DNA of 64,000 nt from Eledone cirrhosa (Eukaryota). A program made the translations under genes and the position numbers. The DNA lies in contig OZ024754.1 in the NCBI GenBank assembly GCA_964016885.1, positions 35,712,001 through 35,776,000 of the forward strand, in the 5' to 3' direction. The notes under the pieces are model-generated. The model did no database searches. It was not told the DNA's origin and saw only the letters and a list, made by a program, of their open reading frames with translations. This document shows, piece after piece, positions 14,554 through 29,336 of this stretch (its first letter is position 1; each line of letters begins with the position of its first letter).

Positions 14554-15394
14554 ATAATTTTAAAAATGTATTGTAATTGTTTCCTAATTTTTTTAAATTA
14601 AGAACTAATTCAATTTTATTTTTTGATATGAGATAAATGTCAGTTTTTTAAAACTAAACATTCCTTGGCATCATTTCATCTCTATTCTTTATTTCTTCTC
14701 CTCTTTCTTATCTACTCAATATATTCAATGTCTTTCTTTATTTTCTTTCTTCCTTCGTTTTATTTTTTCTTCTTTCTCTTTCTTTTTAAGATAACTAATG
14801 TATGAGTTGTACTTGTTTGGCAAATGATTTGGTCTGAGACTATATGTTGAAACTAAAGCAATTACATCGTAGAAAAGTCATTTTAACCATCCATAAATAA
14901 ATAAATGAATAATAAATAAATAATAAATAAATAAACTGTTAAATTTACTCTATATTTATAATTTATTTCTTGGTGTCAAATATTCATCGCGCCGCACGGT
15001 CCAAGAATAGAGCTCACGAGATTATTATCATGAGTCCAACCCTAACCACGAGCCACCATTTATAATTTATTTCTTGGTGTCAAATATTTCGTCGCACTAT
15101 TTACGACCGGGTCACTGACACAGTTTCACTGCAAAGCTGCAATGGAACGCTGTATGTAAACGCTGTATGTATTTCAAAAATCTACAATGCCACTTATATG
15201 ATGTAATAACTAATGTGTTTATTATGGAAAAAAAAAACCCTTAAAATTTACAGCTCACAACTTTCATGGTTTAGTTGGTCTCTTACGAGGTTGTATCTCA
15301 CAGGAGATGTTTTTGGTGTTTCAATAATAGGGTTCATCGCGCCGCCCGATCCAAGAATTGAGCTCACGGGGTTATTATCATGAGTCCAACAAAT

Positions 15395-16310
15395 AATATC
15401 AGCGATGGAAAGACTAATGGAAACATTGTTTTCTTGGTCTGATCTAATGATCAGCCCCGTCCTTGTATCACGAATTACAACTGACAAATAATATCAGCGG
15501 CCGGTGCCCCAGTATGGCCTCAGCCGGATGGCTGGAACAGGTAAAAGAGTAAAAGAGTAAAAGATGGAAAGACCAATGGAAACATTGTTTCCTTGGTCCG
15601 ATCTAATGATCAGCTCCATTCTTGTATCCCGAATTACAACCGACAAAATAGTATCAGCGATGGAAAGACCAATGGAAACATTGTTTCCTTGGTCCGATCT
15701 AATGATCAGCTCCATTCTTGTATCCCGAATTACAACCGACAAAATAGTATCAGCGATGGAAAGACCAATGGAAACATTGTTTTCTTGCTCCGGTCTGATG
15801 ACCAGCTCCTTTTCTTTTTCTACATGGAGCTAGGACCGAAAGATATTAACAGCAACGAAAGACCAATAGAAACCTTGTTTCGTTGGTCTACCTGACGACC
15901 AGCTCTTTTCTACTGTTCCTCTGTCATGGGTAGCGACTAGCAGATCCTATCAACAATGGAAAACCCAATGGGAACATTGTTTTCTTGGTCTAACTGATGA
16001 CCATCTCTTTTTTACTGTTCTACTGTCATGGATAGCAACTGGTAGATCCTATCAACAATGGAAAACCCAATGGGAACATTGTTTTCTTGGTCTAACTGAC
16101 GACCAGCTCTTTTTTACTGTTCTACTGTCATGAATAGCAACTGGTAGATCCTATCAACAATGGAAAAACCAATGGGAACATTTTTTCTTGGTCTAATCTA
16201 ACGATCAACTCCTTTTTCTGCCAAGAATTGTTACTGGCAGATAGTATCAATAATGGAAAGACCAATAGGAATATTCTTTCCTCAGACCGATCTGACGATC
16301 GGCTCCTTTC
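15395..16310 (+). repeat. About 99-bp tandem array (about 9 diverging units), interrupted by a SINE-tail fragment at 15498-15562
   Basis: Unit ...atggaaagaccaatggaaacattgtttccttggtccgatctaatgatcagctc... Confidence 0.85.
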
Positions 16311-16530
16311 CTTTTTTTTTCTATATTAAAAAGCTAATATATCTTTCGTGCGTATTTTTCAACAATTCTTCGTAGAATATAAACCAAGAACATTTGAAAA
16401 TCACATGAATAAATAATGTTATTATTGTGTGGAATAGTCATGTCAAAAGTTCTGTCTGTAGCTTATCGTCAATTGACATTTGCCTGGCTTTCATATTAAT
16501 TTATAGAATGCTTTATAAAGGTCTGTCTGT

Positions 16531-16938
16531 GAACATAATTGTATAATGTTCCACTGGTGAACATAATTGTATAATGTTTCACTGGTGAACATAATTGTAT
16601 AATGTTCCACTGGTGAACATAATTGTATAATGTTCCACTGGTGAACATAGATCTATAGTCGTCTGGCGGTAAATATAGATCTATATTTGGTGGAGAACAT
16701 AGATCTATAGTGGTCTGGTGGTAAACATAGATTTATATTGGGTGGTGAACATAGATCTATAGTGGTCTGGTGGTAAACATAGGTTTATATGTTCTGGTAG
16801 TGAACATAGTGTTATAGTGTTCTGGTAGTAAACATAGGTTTATAGAGTTCTGGTAGTAAACATAGGTTAGTAAACATAGGTTTATAGTGTTTTAGTAGTA
16901 AACATTTTATAGTGTTCTGGTAGTAAACATAGGTTTAT
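16531..16938. repeat. 28-bp minisatellite drifting into related 25-28 bp units
   Basis: gaacataattgtataatgttccactggt x4, then aaacatagatctatagtggtctggtggt-like units. Confidence 0.85.
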
Positions 16939-17129
16939 CGTAAGTGTTATAGATCAACACCAATTTGCTTTCTTTGCGATACATATGTAAACTTTTATTT
17001 ATGGATATAATATAATTTCATCTGGTTAAACATAGAGAAAAAGAGAGCAGTATTGGAAAGTACTATAAATACCAGAAATGAGAGGAAGAGAAGTTGGAGA
17101 GGAAGGACTACTCACACTCACATTCACGG

Positions 17130-17182
<53 letters not shown>

Positions 17183-17547
17183 CATACACACGCACACACC
17201 AACACACCCACATACACACACATGCACACACACACGCACGCACACAACACCTACACATTCACCTACGCAAACACCTACGCATTCACGCACGCTCACTAAC
17301 GCACTTACATACACTCACACACACACATACACTCATGCACACACGCGCTCACACTCACACACATACACACATACGCTCACACTCACACACTCTCTTTTAC
17401 AGACAAACACAGACATTCTACTGATCTATAAAGATGCTAAATGTAACCATTTCTTATTTGTCAATGGATTTATAGATTCTGCCTCATGGATCTGAGCTGA
17501 CGGACCGTGGGATTAACACTTTTCTACCTTAGTGTGTATGTATATAT

Positions 17548-17742
17548 GTCAGGTCACTCTTGAGTGCTACTGGTAACATGTAAACCAGTACAACCTGTCG
17601 CATGGTCGGGTCGTCCGCGACTAAACTGGCAACCCCACCAAGTTTACTTGGTGAGGAGGGTGATTTTGGACACCCTGCAAGACAAAAAGTAAAACCTGAC
17701 AAAGGGCGAAAGAACTGATAAGAGTCAACGGCCATCCAAAAG
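17548..17742 (+). mobile_element. Probable RTE-type LINE 5' UTR fragment (second degenerate copy 21525-21700)
   Basis: Two dispersed homologous copies; resembles RTE 5' UTRs from memory; possible HDV-like fold. Confidence 0.45.
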
Positions 17743-17799
17743 TGTGTAAATATGTATATACACATGTACATATGTATGTGTATGTATATGCGTGTGTAT

Positions 17800-18183
17800 A
17801 TGCCTGGGGTGTCAGGGAGGGGCATGTACCTCTGTGTGTGTGTGTGGGGGGGTATCCATGCCCTTTTCAGGACAGCTCGTCTTGCATTGGGTCCCACCTG
17901 ACACTCAGCTCTCACCTGTGGCCCCAAGAAGTTGTAGCATGCAACAGCGGCCACACCCTGGTAAACGGCCTTGGCTAGCGAGCCGAACCAGGTTGAAGGT
18001 AGCCGGACGGGTCTGAAACCCCCCGGTGAGTTAGATGGGGGATGCCTTCCCCTGCATGCGAAGACTGGACCCTGCGGAGTGAGTGGAGGAGGACAACATC
18101 GTCCCAACAGTCACAAAGGCGGCGACAGCAAGCGGTGTGGAGCGCTAGGGCACGGCAAGGCACTACAGACGTCGTGGCCATCG
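17800..18183 (+). mobile_element. Probable RTE-type LINE 5' region
   Basis: GC-rich; gtcccacctgacactcagctctcacctgtggc...gcatgcaacagcggccacacc resembles RTE 5' UTRs from memory. Confidence 0.45.
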
Positions 18184-18623
18184 ATTGCCAGAGAACGTCT
18201 CTATGAACCACCTAAGAGAACATTAGTCTACGACTTCTTTTATACCATAAACGTGGTTTTGTCTTTGCGTGCAATTGTTCTCTACGCTCCACATATGACG
18301 TATTATCTTCGTTTTTTTCCGTTCATTGCCAGAGAACGTCTCTATGAACCACCTAAGAGAACATTAGTCTAGGACTTCTTTTATACCATTTACGTGGTTC
18401 TGTCTTTGCGTGTAATTGTTTTTCACCGCTCCTATTCGTTTTTTCCCGTTCTTTGCCAGGGAACGTTTCCACGAACCAAAGTATCGTCTTCCTGTCTTCC
18501 TCCGGTTGCAACGTTTTTTGAAATATCCACTTCTGCGTTTACAGATTGACTTTGTTAGTTTCAGAAGATCCCGTTAAGGGTGAAAGCAGCGATTCTTTGC
18601 TTAAACTTTAATCTGTTATTTTA

Positions 18624-18632
<9 letters not shown>
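18184..18632 (+). mobile_element. 141-bp tandem repeat (about 2.2 units) running into a family E terminus; probable PLE 3' region
   Basis: attgccagagaacgtctctatgaacc at 18184 and 18325; family E sequence 18484-18632 then (TA)n. Confidence 0.6.
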
Positions 18633-18677
<45 letters not shown>

Positions 18678-18830
18678 GAAGTAATATATCGTAAATTCAG
18701 AGGAGTCGATAAAATAAAGTACCAGTAATGCACTGGGTATTTGCTGGCCTTGTGCCTAAAGTAGAAACAATTATGATATATTGTGTTAATCAAAGCGAAG
18801 CGTGTTTAATGCTTAAAATTGTGATATTAA

Positions 18831-18924
<94 letters not shown>

Positions 18925-19081
18925 GTCACCTTGAGTCAATCCTCTGCGAAAAGCGCGTAACAGGTCGATACGCAATAAATATTTTTCACATGTACACATG
19001 TAAACGAAACTTCCTCGTTTTTTCTACTACTATACACACACACGCCCACACACACGCACACACACGCACACACACACACAT

Positions 19082-19132
<51 letters not shown>

Positions 19133-19137
19133 CACAC

Positions 19138-19227
<90 letters not shown>

Positions 19228-19731
19228 TAAAACAGAAAACAAAAACAATAACGAAGAGGGCAGTACAAAGTGTTAGCATTAGGTTTACGCTTGAGAGTGG
19301 GGTGGTGGAGAGAGAGAGAGAGAGACTGAAACGTGGCGGACATTGACCTCGTGTTGGCAATATTAGACATGATTGGTTCCTGTCCTAACTTTGTCACATA
19401 TACCGACATCATTTACATTCTATAATTAATGATTAATATCTAGAATTTTAGTATAGTTACATACACATACACACGAACGCATGCATGCAAACTCGCACAT
19501 ACGCACACCTATGCAAACACATGCGCACTCATGCACTCATACATACGTACATACATACATGAATACATAAATACATACCTACATATATATATATATATAT
19601 ATATATATAGTAATAAAAATAAATTTGAAGACTAAAATCCAAAGGGGGGTCGATAAGGATAAATATATATCAAATATATAAGAACCGTAGAGCAAATATT
19701 TATTCTGTTATTTTAATAAATATATATATAT

Positions 19732-19825
<94 letters not shown>

Positions 19826-19915
19826 TAAAATAACAGATTAAAGTTTAAGCAAAGAATCGCTGCTTTCACCCTTAACGGGATCTTCTGAAACTAACAAAGT
19901 CAATCTTATTATTAT

Positions 19916-19958
<43 letters not shown>

Positions 19959-20470
19959 AGATATCTCCCCTGTTTGCTGAAAATTAAAGTAAGTGAGACT
20001 GTCACTACTCTAAAAGAATAGCATAAGGTCTTTTAATTAAGGTCTTTTAATTAAGCATACAGTGTATTGCAAAATACACTATATATACATTCATATATAC
20101 ATCGCTATTTCAGAGCACCAATTCTAATATATATACTCATATATAGAGTTACACGATGGTCAAATATAAAGTAAGAAAATCACCGATAATTTTAATTATA
20201 ATTATAATTTTAATGCATTTTATTGGATATTCAATATTGTAAGAAGGATATTGAGGGGGCGGGGCGGAAAAGTAAGTAAGCGAGGTGTGGGGGGGGGGGC
20301 AGGGGGAGAATATAATACAGATGGGTAGGTGGAGGGGTGGTGGTGTGTGGGTTCAGCTGATAATTACATTAATTATGGTAATCTCAATTTCAATTAGATT
20401 TAATTATACACATACACACACACAAACACACACACACACACACACTCACACACATATATATATATATATA

Positions 20471-20634
20471 GGAACGATAGGAACGATCGACTTTCGTCAA
20501 ATCGGACCGAGGGAACAATGTTTCCGTTGGTCTTTCCAATTGCTAATACTATCTGTCGGTCGCAACTCCAGGTAGAAGGAGCAACGTGAAATAAAGTGTC
20601 TTGCTCAAGGACATGACGCATCGCTTGGTCCAGG
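20471..20634 (-). mobile_element. CORE-like SINE fragment
   Basis: Homologous to 30327-30545. Confidence 0.75.
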
Positions 20635-20663
20635 ATAATATATATATGGGTGTGTGTATATAT

Positions 20664-20805
20664 AATTGTTTCTACTTTTGGCACAAGGACAGCAATTACC
20701 CAGTGCATTACTGGTACTTTATTTTATCGACCTCGTAACGATGAAAGGCAGAGTTAACCTCGGCAGGATTTGAACTCAGATCATAAAGGGCCGTAACACT
20801 ATGCT
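20664..20805 (-). mobile_element. MetaSINE-like fragment
   Basis: Same core as 1591-1778. Confidence 0.8.
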
Positions 20806-20832
20806 ATATATTTATATATATATATATATATA

Positions 20833-20997
20833 TGAGTTCGATTCCTGGACCAGGTGATGCGTTATGTCCTTGAGAAAGACACTTTATTTCACGTTGCTCC
20901 TTCTACCTGGAGTTGCGACCGATAGATAGTATTAGCAATTGGAAAGACCAACGGAAACATTGTTCCCTCGGTCCGATTCGACGAAAGTCGATCGTTC

Positions 20998-20998
<1 letters not shown>
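20833..20998 (+). mobile_element. CORE-like SINE fragment starting at the B box
   Basis: gagttcgattcctggaccagg...tgtccttgagaaagacactttatttcacgttgctcc. Confidence 0.75.
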
Positions 20999-21054
<56 letters not shown>

Positions 21055-21253
21055 TATTATATATAGAGAGAGAGCAAGAGAGAGTGGGGGGGGGAAGAAC
21101 GTGAGAGTGGGGGGGGGGGGGCGAGACTGGGTGTGTGTGAGCGTGAGTGAGAGTGAGAGAGATAGAGAGAACGGCTGTATCACGTTTCTGACACAAATAT
21201 ACTGGTGGATTTCATGTGTCGTTTGTGTTTTGTGGGGCCAACTGAATGTGTGT

Positions 21254-21324
<71 letters not shown>

Positions 21325-21329
21325 CGCGC

Positions 21330-21364
<35 letters not shown>

Positions 21365-21981
21365 TTGGTTAATTGAAAGAGAGATAGATAGTATTTAATC
21401 CACTAATAATGGTGTCATTTAGGTACAGTTGTTTCCCTCTCCATCTGTTACAAATTTCCATATCTTCAGCCATATATCTTTCCATATATTCTCCATATCT
21501 TCAGCCTATATTGTCAGATACTGCCTGCTACTGGTAGCATGTAACCCAGTACAACCTACTTCATAGTCGAATGGTCAATGACTAAGCCGGCTCCCCCACC
21601 ATATCTTGGTGTATGGTGGGTGAGTAGGTAAGTGGAACCCCAGCAGCACATTAAAACATGAGCTGTTAAAAGTGTGGATGAACTCCACAAAATCAACGGC
21701 TTTTCACCACGACTACGGGTTAAATAGCCTCACCAACCCGCAATTGGCCAAGTATGGTGAGTAAAGCTACACCCCTGAAGACAGGACCAAAACCGAAAGC
21801 GGTGGAGGTCAACCAAGGAGTTCCTCCAGCATGAGTGCGAAGGCCGTGGATTGGATTGAGTATTGATGCCATTCTGCGGTAGCTGGGTTTTTCTCTTGAA
21901 ATCTTAAACAATTCCATCCATACCAGCTATTCTGTTGATTGCAACAGTTTTGAGCATTCATCGTTGATCCAGACGGAAGTC

Positions 21982-22510
21982 CAACAACAACAGCACTAGC
22001 AACAACAACAACAACAGAACTAGCAACAACAACAACAGCAACAGCACTAGCAGCAACAACAACAACACCAACAACAACAGCAACAGCACTAGCAGCAACA
22101 ACAACAACAACAACAGCACTAGAAACAACAACAACAGCAGCAGCACTAGCAACAACAACAACAGCAGCACTAGCAACAACAACACCAACAACAACAGCAA
22201 CAGCACTAGCAGCAACAACAACAACAACAACAGCACTATCAACAACAACAACAACAACAACAACAGCAACAGCACTAGCAACAACAACACCAACAACAAC
22301 AGCAGCAGCACTAGCAGCAACAACAACAACAGCACTAGCAACAACAACAATAACAACAGCAACAGCACTAGCAACAACAACAACAGCAACAGCACTAGCA
22401 ACAACAACAACAGCAACACCACTAGCAACAACAACAAAACAACAACAGCACTAACAACAACAACAACAACAACAGCACTAACAACAACAACAACAGCAGC
22501 ACTAACAACA
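21982..22510. repeat. (CAA)n array punctuated by cagcactag
   Basis: Seen directly. Confidence 0.9.
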
Positions 22511-22788
22511 TTATTTATTGCACCTCACATATCCTCACATTTCATCTGATATCATTCAGCCATTACTGAGCAGCTTGTTGTATTCAGAAGAAAAAGACAA
22601 AAATAAAAACAATAGTGATTTGCCACCATTTTGTTTCCTTTTCTTTCAAAACGTCTTATTCTCCCGAAAAACAACAACAACAACAGCACAACAACGACAG
22701 CAGTAACAACAACATCAACAGTAATAACATCATCTTCATGATCAACAACAGATGATCGTGGTAAGATTTCTAATGGGTTTTGTGCAAT

Positions 22789-22852
<64 letters not shown>

Positions 22853-22853
22853 A

Positions 22854-22885
<32 letters not shown>

Positions 22886-23130
22886 TGTGTGTTTATGTAT
22901 ATATATATATATATATATATATAAGCATGTATACGTACATACATATATGTATACAGACGTACAGTAGTATATGTGTGTGCATGTATGTATGTATATACAT
23001 ACTACTGTACGTCTGTATACATATATGTATGTACGTATACATACTTATATTTAAGTAACAGCCGTACTAAGAGTGAGAAATGAAATTTCCTTTCATTTTT
23101 TCCATTTATATATATATACATATATATAAA

Positions 23131-23203
<73 letters not shown>

Positions 23204-23488
23204 GAGAAGAGAGGTGTTTCAGGAGACGTGTGAAATATGAGACAATATATAATAAAATAAACATCCGGGTTCCATAATAAATTACGAATGTTCAAGATGA
23301 CAGATTACATCCAACATCTTAATAATTCGCCCGAGTTTCGTCAACACTAAGATTTGTAGTCCAAAGCACAATCTCTAGATTGAAGGATCTAATCTTGAAG
23401 GACAGAGATTGATTTGTTCGTGATGAGAGACGTTTGAGAACCGAGGCTGCTCTGTGAGTGTATGCGTGTGTGTATATATATATATATA

Positions 23489-23782
23489 TTCTTTTCTAAG
23501 GCGGGTAAAATTCCCGAGATCCATGGACGAGTTCTCTCCAGCGGTCTCTGTCCCTCATTATCGCTGCCATGTCCTGCGTCTCCAACAGACCAGTGTCTGT
23601 CCTTAGGGCATCAACATACGTTAAATTTGGTCTTCCTCTTCTAGTGTGTCCATGTAGGGGCTCCCAAAGGAGCACTGAGTGCAATGTCAACTCTGGATGT
23701 CGGTGAGCATGTCCAGCTAACCTCAGTCTCCTCTGTGTCACTTTTAAGCTGACTTTTGGGATGCTCCCATACAGCTCTGATT
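23489..23782 (-). mobile_element. RTE-clade LINE 3' fragment
   Basis: ELYGSIPKVSLKVTQRRLRLAGHAHRHPELTLHSVLLWEPLHGHTRRGRPNLTYVD, a typical RTE C-terminus. Confidence 0.85.
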
Positions 23783-24076
23783 TGTATATATATATATAGA
23801 GAGAGAGAGAGAAAGAGAAAGAGAGAGAGAAATTGATGAGCAGAACAAACAAACATTAAATAATCCTTTAAATAAATTAAAAAATGATTTAAATATCTAC
23901 CTGATCATAATGCTATTACCGGCGGTTTCCGTTTACAAAAGATTAGAAATTCAGAGAATTTCCAACGGAAAGTAAACTTCATCAGATAGCTATTTCCTTT
24001 CGATAGGACATACGTCCCACGGTCTGCAAATATAATGCCAACTATGGGTACTTAGTACTCAGTGAGATATTTACCT

Positions 24077-24175
<99 letters not shown>

Positions 24176-24372
24176 GAACACTGGAAGGAAATATGGTGAA
24201 CTAACTGTTGTGTTACTACTTCTATATATATATATATATATTCATATATTCATGTAGGTTTGTTGGTTCACCACTGATTAGAATTGTTCATTCCGTATGG
24301 TCTACCGTGATTAGGAAAAGCACTCGACGTAATGTAACTCACCCATCTTCGTTTATGTTGAATATATATATA

Positions 24373-24416
<44 letters not shown>

Positions 24417-24457
24417 GTGTGTGTGTGTGTGTGTGTGTGTGTTTGTGTGTTTGTGTA

Positions 24458-24493
<36 letters not shown>

Positions 24494-24521
24494 GTGTGTA
24501 TGAGTGTGTGTGTTGTGTGTG

Positions 24522-24642
<121 letters not shown>

Positions 24643-24646
24643 ATAT

Positions 24647-24683
24647 TCCTCCGAAGAAGAGATTTTATCTCGAAATATCAGGA
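24647..24683 (+). ncRNA. Hammerhead variant with U4C core (second copy 63148-63184)
   Basis: UCCU-CCGAAGA-A-GAGA-UUUUA-UCUC-GAAA-UA-UC-AGGA. Confidence 0.55.
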
Positions 24684-24815
24684 CAGACAGATAAATAAAT
24701 AAATAAGGTAACATGTAATATTTTATTTCGTCTTATTCTATTGTTAATCAATTTCTCATTGGGATGGCCTTCAAACATCTCTCTCTCTCCCTCTATCTCT
24801 CTCTCTATAAATATA

Positions 24816-24909
<94 letters not shown>

Positions 24910-24915
24910 CATATA

Positions 24916-25072
24916 TTAATATAGAAGAGCTTCTACGGGACTAGAACTGTTTCATTCGTGAGAATGAAACAGTTCTAGTCCTGTAGAAGCTCTTCTATAT
25001 TAAAACATTTATACTCTGCTATGTATTGAGTACCTTACTTACTGTGGTTACCTCCAATTCAACTCGGAAAAC
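24916..25072 (+). mobile_element. Family F fold-back element
   Basis: 42-bp arms 24916-24957 / 24962-25003 plus tail, in (TA)n. Confidence 0.75.
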
Positions 25073-25215
25073 TTATATATATATAAATATATATATATAT
25101 AATAAACCGTATTGTGGTGAATATTGTTTTATTAGTTTACTATATATATATATATTATATTATATTATATATATATATATATATATTTGTATATATATAT
25201 GTATATAAATATATG

Positions 25216-25246
<31 letters not shown>

Positions 25247-25307
25247 GTATATATATATCTATATATATATATGTATATATATATATGTATATATATATGT
25301 ATGTATG

Positions 25308-25413
<106 letters not shown>

Positions 25414-25517
25414 TGACAGATTAAAGTTTAAACAAAGAATCGCTGCTTTCACGTTTCACGGGATCTTCTGAAACTCAGAACTTATGTTCGAATTTTAGTC
25501 TTCATATTTATTATTAT

Positions 25518-25595
<78 letters not shown>

Positions 25596-25599
<4 letters not shown>

Positions 25600-25852
25600 C
25601 AAGATGGCGTAGGACAGAACAAAGGAGAGACACAAAAACAAAGAAAAGAATCCCCAGTCACTGAAGAGGTCACAGAATGTGTGACGAAAGAACTTTGACA
25701 ATATATAAACAACCATCTGGTTGTGGAACCAACCAACCAACCGGAAATTTATAAATTCCTAAATTTATAAATTTATTATAATAAATTGAAGTGAAAGCAA
25801 CTGGTGCGTGTGTTTCTTAGTGGCAACATGACCCTCCCAAAGTATAACAATA
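25596..25852 (+). mobile_element. Family I pLTR-like element (also 47733-48058; fragment 63533-63570 minus)
   Basis: Near-identical dispersed copies beside (TA)n, hammerhead inside. Confidence 0.75.
25657..25699 (+). ncRNA. Minimal hammerhead motif, family I
   Basis: GUCA-CUGAAGA-G-GUCACA-GAAUG-UGUGAC-GAAA-GAAC-UU-UGAC. Confidence 0.7.
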
Positions 25853-25914
25853 TCGGTTTCAACACACGTTTTCAGATAAAGAATCTTGTTAAACAAATTC
25901 AGAAACGAAATATA

Positions 25915-25951
<37 letters not shown>

Positions 25952-25955
<4 letters not shown>

Positions 25956-26098
25956 AGTTTCAGGACCCCTAACTCGGATCTAGCTGTCGGAACGGCAGGA
26001 GCTCAGCCGTCAGGGTCCTGAATATTTTGATATTACCCAGTCAGCGACTACTCTGGTAGGTTATGGTCCACCTGGTATTTTACCACACCCTATCTGAT
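25952..26098 (+). mobile_element. Family A element
   Basis: Shared family sequence, short inverted arm. Confidence 0.7.
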
Positions 26099-26593
26099 AT
26101 ATATATATAATTAGTATATATTCATACAAACATACACATAACTCCTTTCCAGAATTTGACCTAAAAGCTAGTAAAAGAAAATCAATATTGTTATACATTT
26201 TACTGAATAACTTTATTAAATTTACAATTGTTTTATGGCTTAAATTATCGATTCTCTATAAATAATACGAAGTATTATATTTATAATGAATGTAAAATGA
26301 TCAAATTTTAATTAATTGTAGTTAATTCTTCCCTCAGTTTCTTGTTATTGTTGTTATTTTTGTTGTTGTTGCTGTTGTTGTTTTCTGTTTTGTTTCGATG
26401 AAGTTCTTCGTCCATTTTGTGTTAACCAAAATGTCGGCGGTAACAATAACAATGGATTCCTCGTCCTCAATGGTAAAATGAAAATTTTTTTACTAGCGGT
26501 GAACGAGTCCTTTCATAACTGATTGATTCATATCTTGTAGACAGACTTTCACTCTTCATCACCCTCCTCCTTTCTCTCTCTCTCTCGCTCTCC

Positions 26594-26644
<51 letters not shown>

Positions 26645-26650
26645 GGTATA

Positions 26651-26691
<41 letters not shown>

Positions 26692-26696
<5 letters not shown>

Positions 26697-27156
26697 ATTA
26701 AATAAATGGAAACTATATTTATAAAACCATATTTATTTCATTATATATATTTCAGGGTTATCATATTAACAATATGCTATGCCTTCCTCAGACAAAATAC
26801 AATATAAACAGTTTTATAGATAAATAGATTTGACATACCGTAACAACATCGACTTGTATTTGAAAAGTTGAATTGGCAATTGAACTGCCAATTCAACTTT
26901 TCAAATACAAGTCGATGTTGTACGGTATGTCAAATCTATTTATCTATAAAACTGTTTATATTGTATTTTGTCTGAGGAAGGCATAGCATATTGTTAATAT
27001 GATATCCCTGAAATATATATAATGAAATAAATATGGTTTTATAAATATAGTTTCCATTTATTTAATATCGTAAATATACTCCAAATACTTGTCGAGTGCT
27101 TTTATATCAGTTATAAATATTTACTAGTTGTAACCCAACAATTTAAATATAACTTT

Positions 27157-27158
<2 letters not shown>
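26692..27158 (+). mobile_element. Family C pLTR fold-back element in (TA)n
   Basis: About 186-bp arms 26692-26878 / 26886-27071 plus tail; hammerhead motif 26964-27028 (CUGAGGA...GAAAUAUAUAUA); homologous to the pLTR at 32345-32490. Confidence 0.8.
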
Positions 27159-27196
<38 letters not shown>

Positions 27197-27391
27197 ATAA
27201 TAATAAATTTGAAAACTAAAATCCAAAGAGGGCTCGATAAGGATAAATATATAAAATCAGATATATAAGAACCGTAGAGCAGAAGATCACGTTAAGGGTG
27301 AAAGCAGCGATTCTTTGCTTAAACTTTAATCTGTTATTTTCATAAATATACATACATATATATATACACATATATGTATATATATATGTTA

Positions 27392-27455
<64 letters not shown>

Positions 27456-27616
27456 TAACATATATATATACATATATGTGTATATATATATATATGTATA
27501 TATATGTGTATATATATGTATGTATATATATATGTGTATATATATGTATATATATATATATGTATATATATGTGTATATATATGTATATATATATATATG
27601 TATATATATGTGTATA

Positions 27617-27691
<75 letters not shown>

Positions 27692-28379
27692 ATATATATA
27701 TATATAATTGTGGCGGTGTTAGTGCTGTATTAGCCACAAGACTGACTAAGGTAAAGCCTAAGGGACCCGGTGGGACTACAGGCCAGGTCCTTCAAGATCT
27801 AAGGGTCCCTTTAATGTCTTGAGGACCTATATGTTCCATGGGACCCAGAAGATCTAAGGGGGCAACACAAGTACGAGAGGGCCGTAGATTTTTTTTTGTG
27901 TGCGTTTTATTTTGCTGAAGTACTGTTAACTGATATGTTAGCTAATGTTACTAGAGAAAGGATCCTAAACACATGTAAGACTTGGGATCCGGGCTATGGG
28001 TTAGTGCGACCCATACTTCAGTCAAATCATTATAATGATGATTGCGATTGATTTATATCGATAGATGTATCTCCCCTAAAAATAACAAAGCCGTATTCTT
28101 GTATAAGAAATCGTTATTTAATTCTATAAAGCGACACTATGGAACTGTTTCTTTGAACTACAGCCAATTGTTCGATGTTTGCCGAGACGGGGGCTGTTGT
28201 GCGTGTAATCTATCAAAGCAATTAGCTCCCATAAAGTGGAATCGATTTCTGTCGAGAGTTGAAACCGGTTTACAGGCTCGACACTAAATCGTTGTGAACT
28301 TATTGTGCTGCACCACAACAACAACATTTTACTCTAACAATGAACACACGAACGAAACTTCTGGTAATAGGCAACATCG

Positions 28380-28638
28380 ATAATAATGACGATAATTGTG
28401 ATGATGATAATGATGATGATGATGGTGGTGGTGGTGGTGCTGGTGGTGCTGGTGGTGGTGGTGTTGGTGGTGGTGGCGGTGGTGTTGGTGTTGTTGGTGG
28501 TGATGACGACGTTGATGATGATGATGGTGGTGATGGTGGTGGTGGTGTTGGTGGTGCTGGTGGTGACGTTGATGATGATGATGATGTTGATGGTGGTGCT
28601 GGTGGTGGTGGTGGTGGTGGTGATGTTGACGATGATGA

Positions 28639-28670
<32 letters not shown>

Positions 28671-28935
28671 CTGGTGGTGACGTTGATGATGATGATGATG
28701 TTGATGGTGGTGCTGGTGGTGGTGATGGTGTTGTTGACGACGATGATGGTGGTGGTGGTGGTGATGATGATGGCGGTGATGGTGATGACGATGACGAGAC
28801 GATTCTGGTGATAAAGAAGAAGAAGAAGAAGAAGAAGAAGAAGAAGAAGAAGAAGAAGAAGAAGAAGAAGAAGAAGAAGAAGAAGAAGAAGAAGAAGAAG
28901 AAGAAGAAGAAAAGGAAGGGGGGGGGGGGGGGGGT
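28380..28935. repeat. (GAT/GGT)n array followed by (AAG)n and poly-G
   Basis: Seen directly. Confidence 0.9.
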
Positions 28936-29268
28936 AACGATGATGATTGTAACCGAGGAACAAAAAGAGGAGAGGCACCTCACATTTCAACAATTACAAA
29001 ATGAAAGGAGTTCATGTATGAATCGACGACAAATTGATGATGCAATTGCCTGATGACGACCCAGTAGTTAACTGGTACATATTGTATCAGAGGATGAATG
29101 AGTAGTTAAGAATTTCGCTTCTGTCTACCTGTAACTCTTGATGGAGTCGTAGGTGGGTTGTGATAATATTCGGCATTTCTTGGGCATTGTTTTTAACCTG
29201 GCGAAACCCCATCTCGTCTCTGGGTCTGAACACAGCTAATTTCTTCCAAAGGGAGAGAGAGAGAGAGC

Positions 29269-29336
<68 letters not shown>

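Noticed and set aside
28340-29053. Asp/Gly/poly-Lys ORF
   Set aside because: Concatenated trinucleotide repeats.
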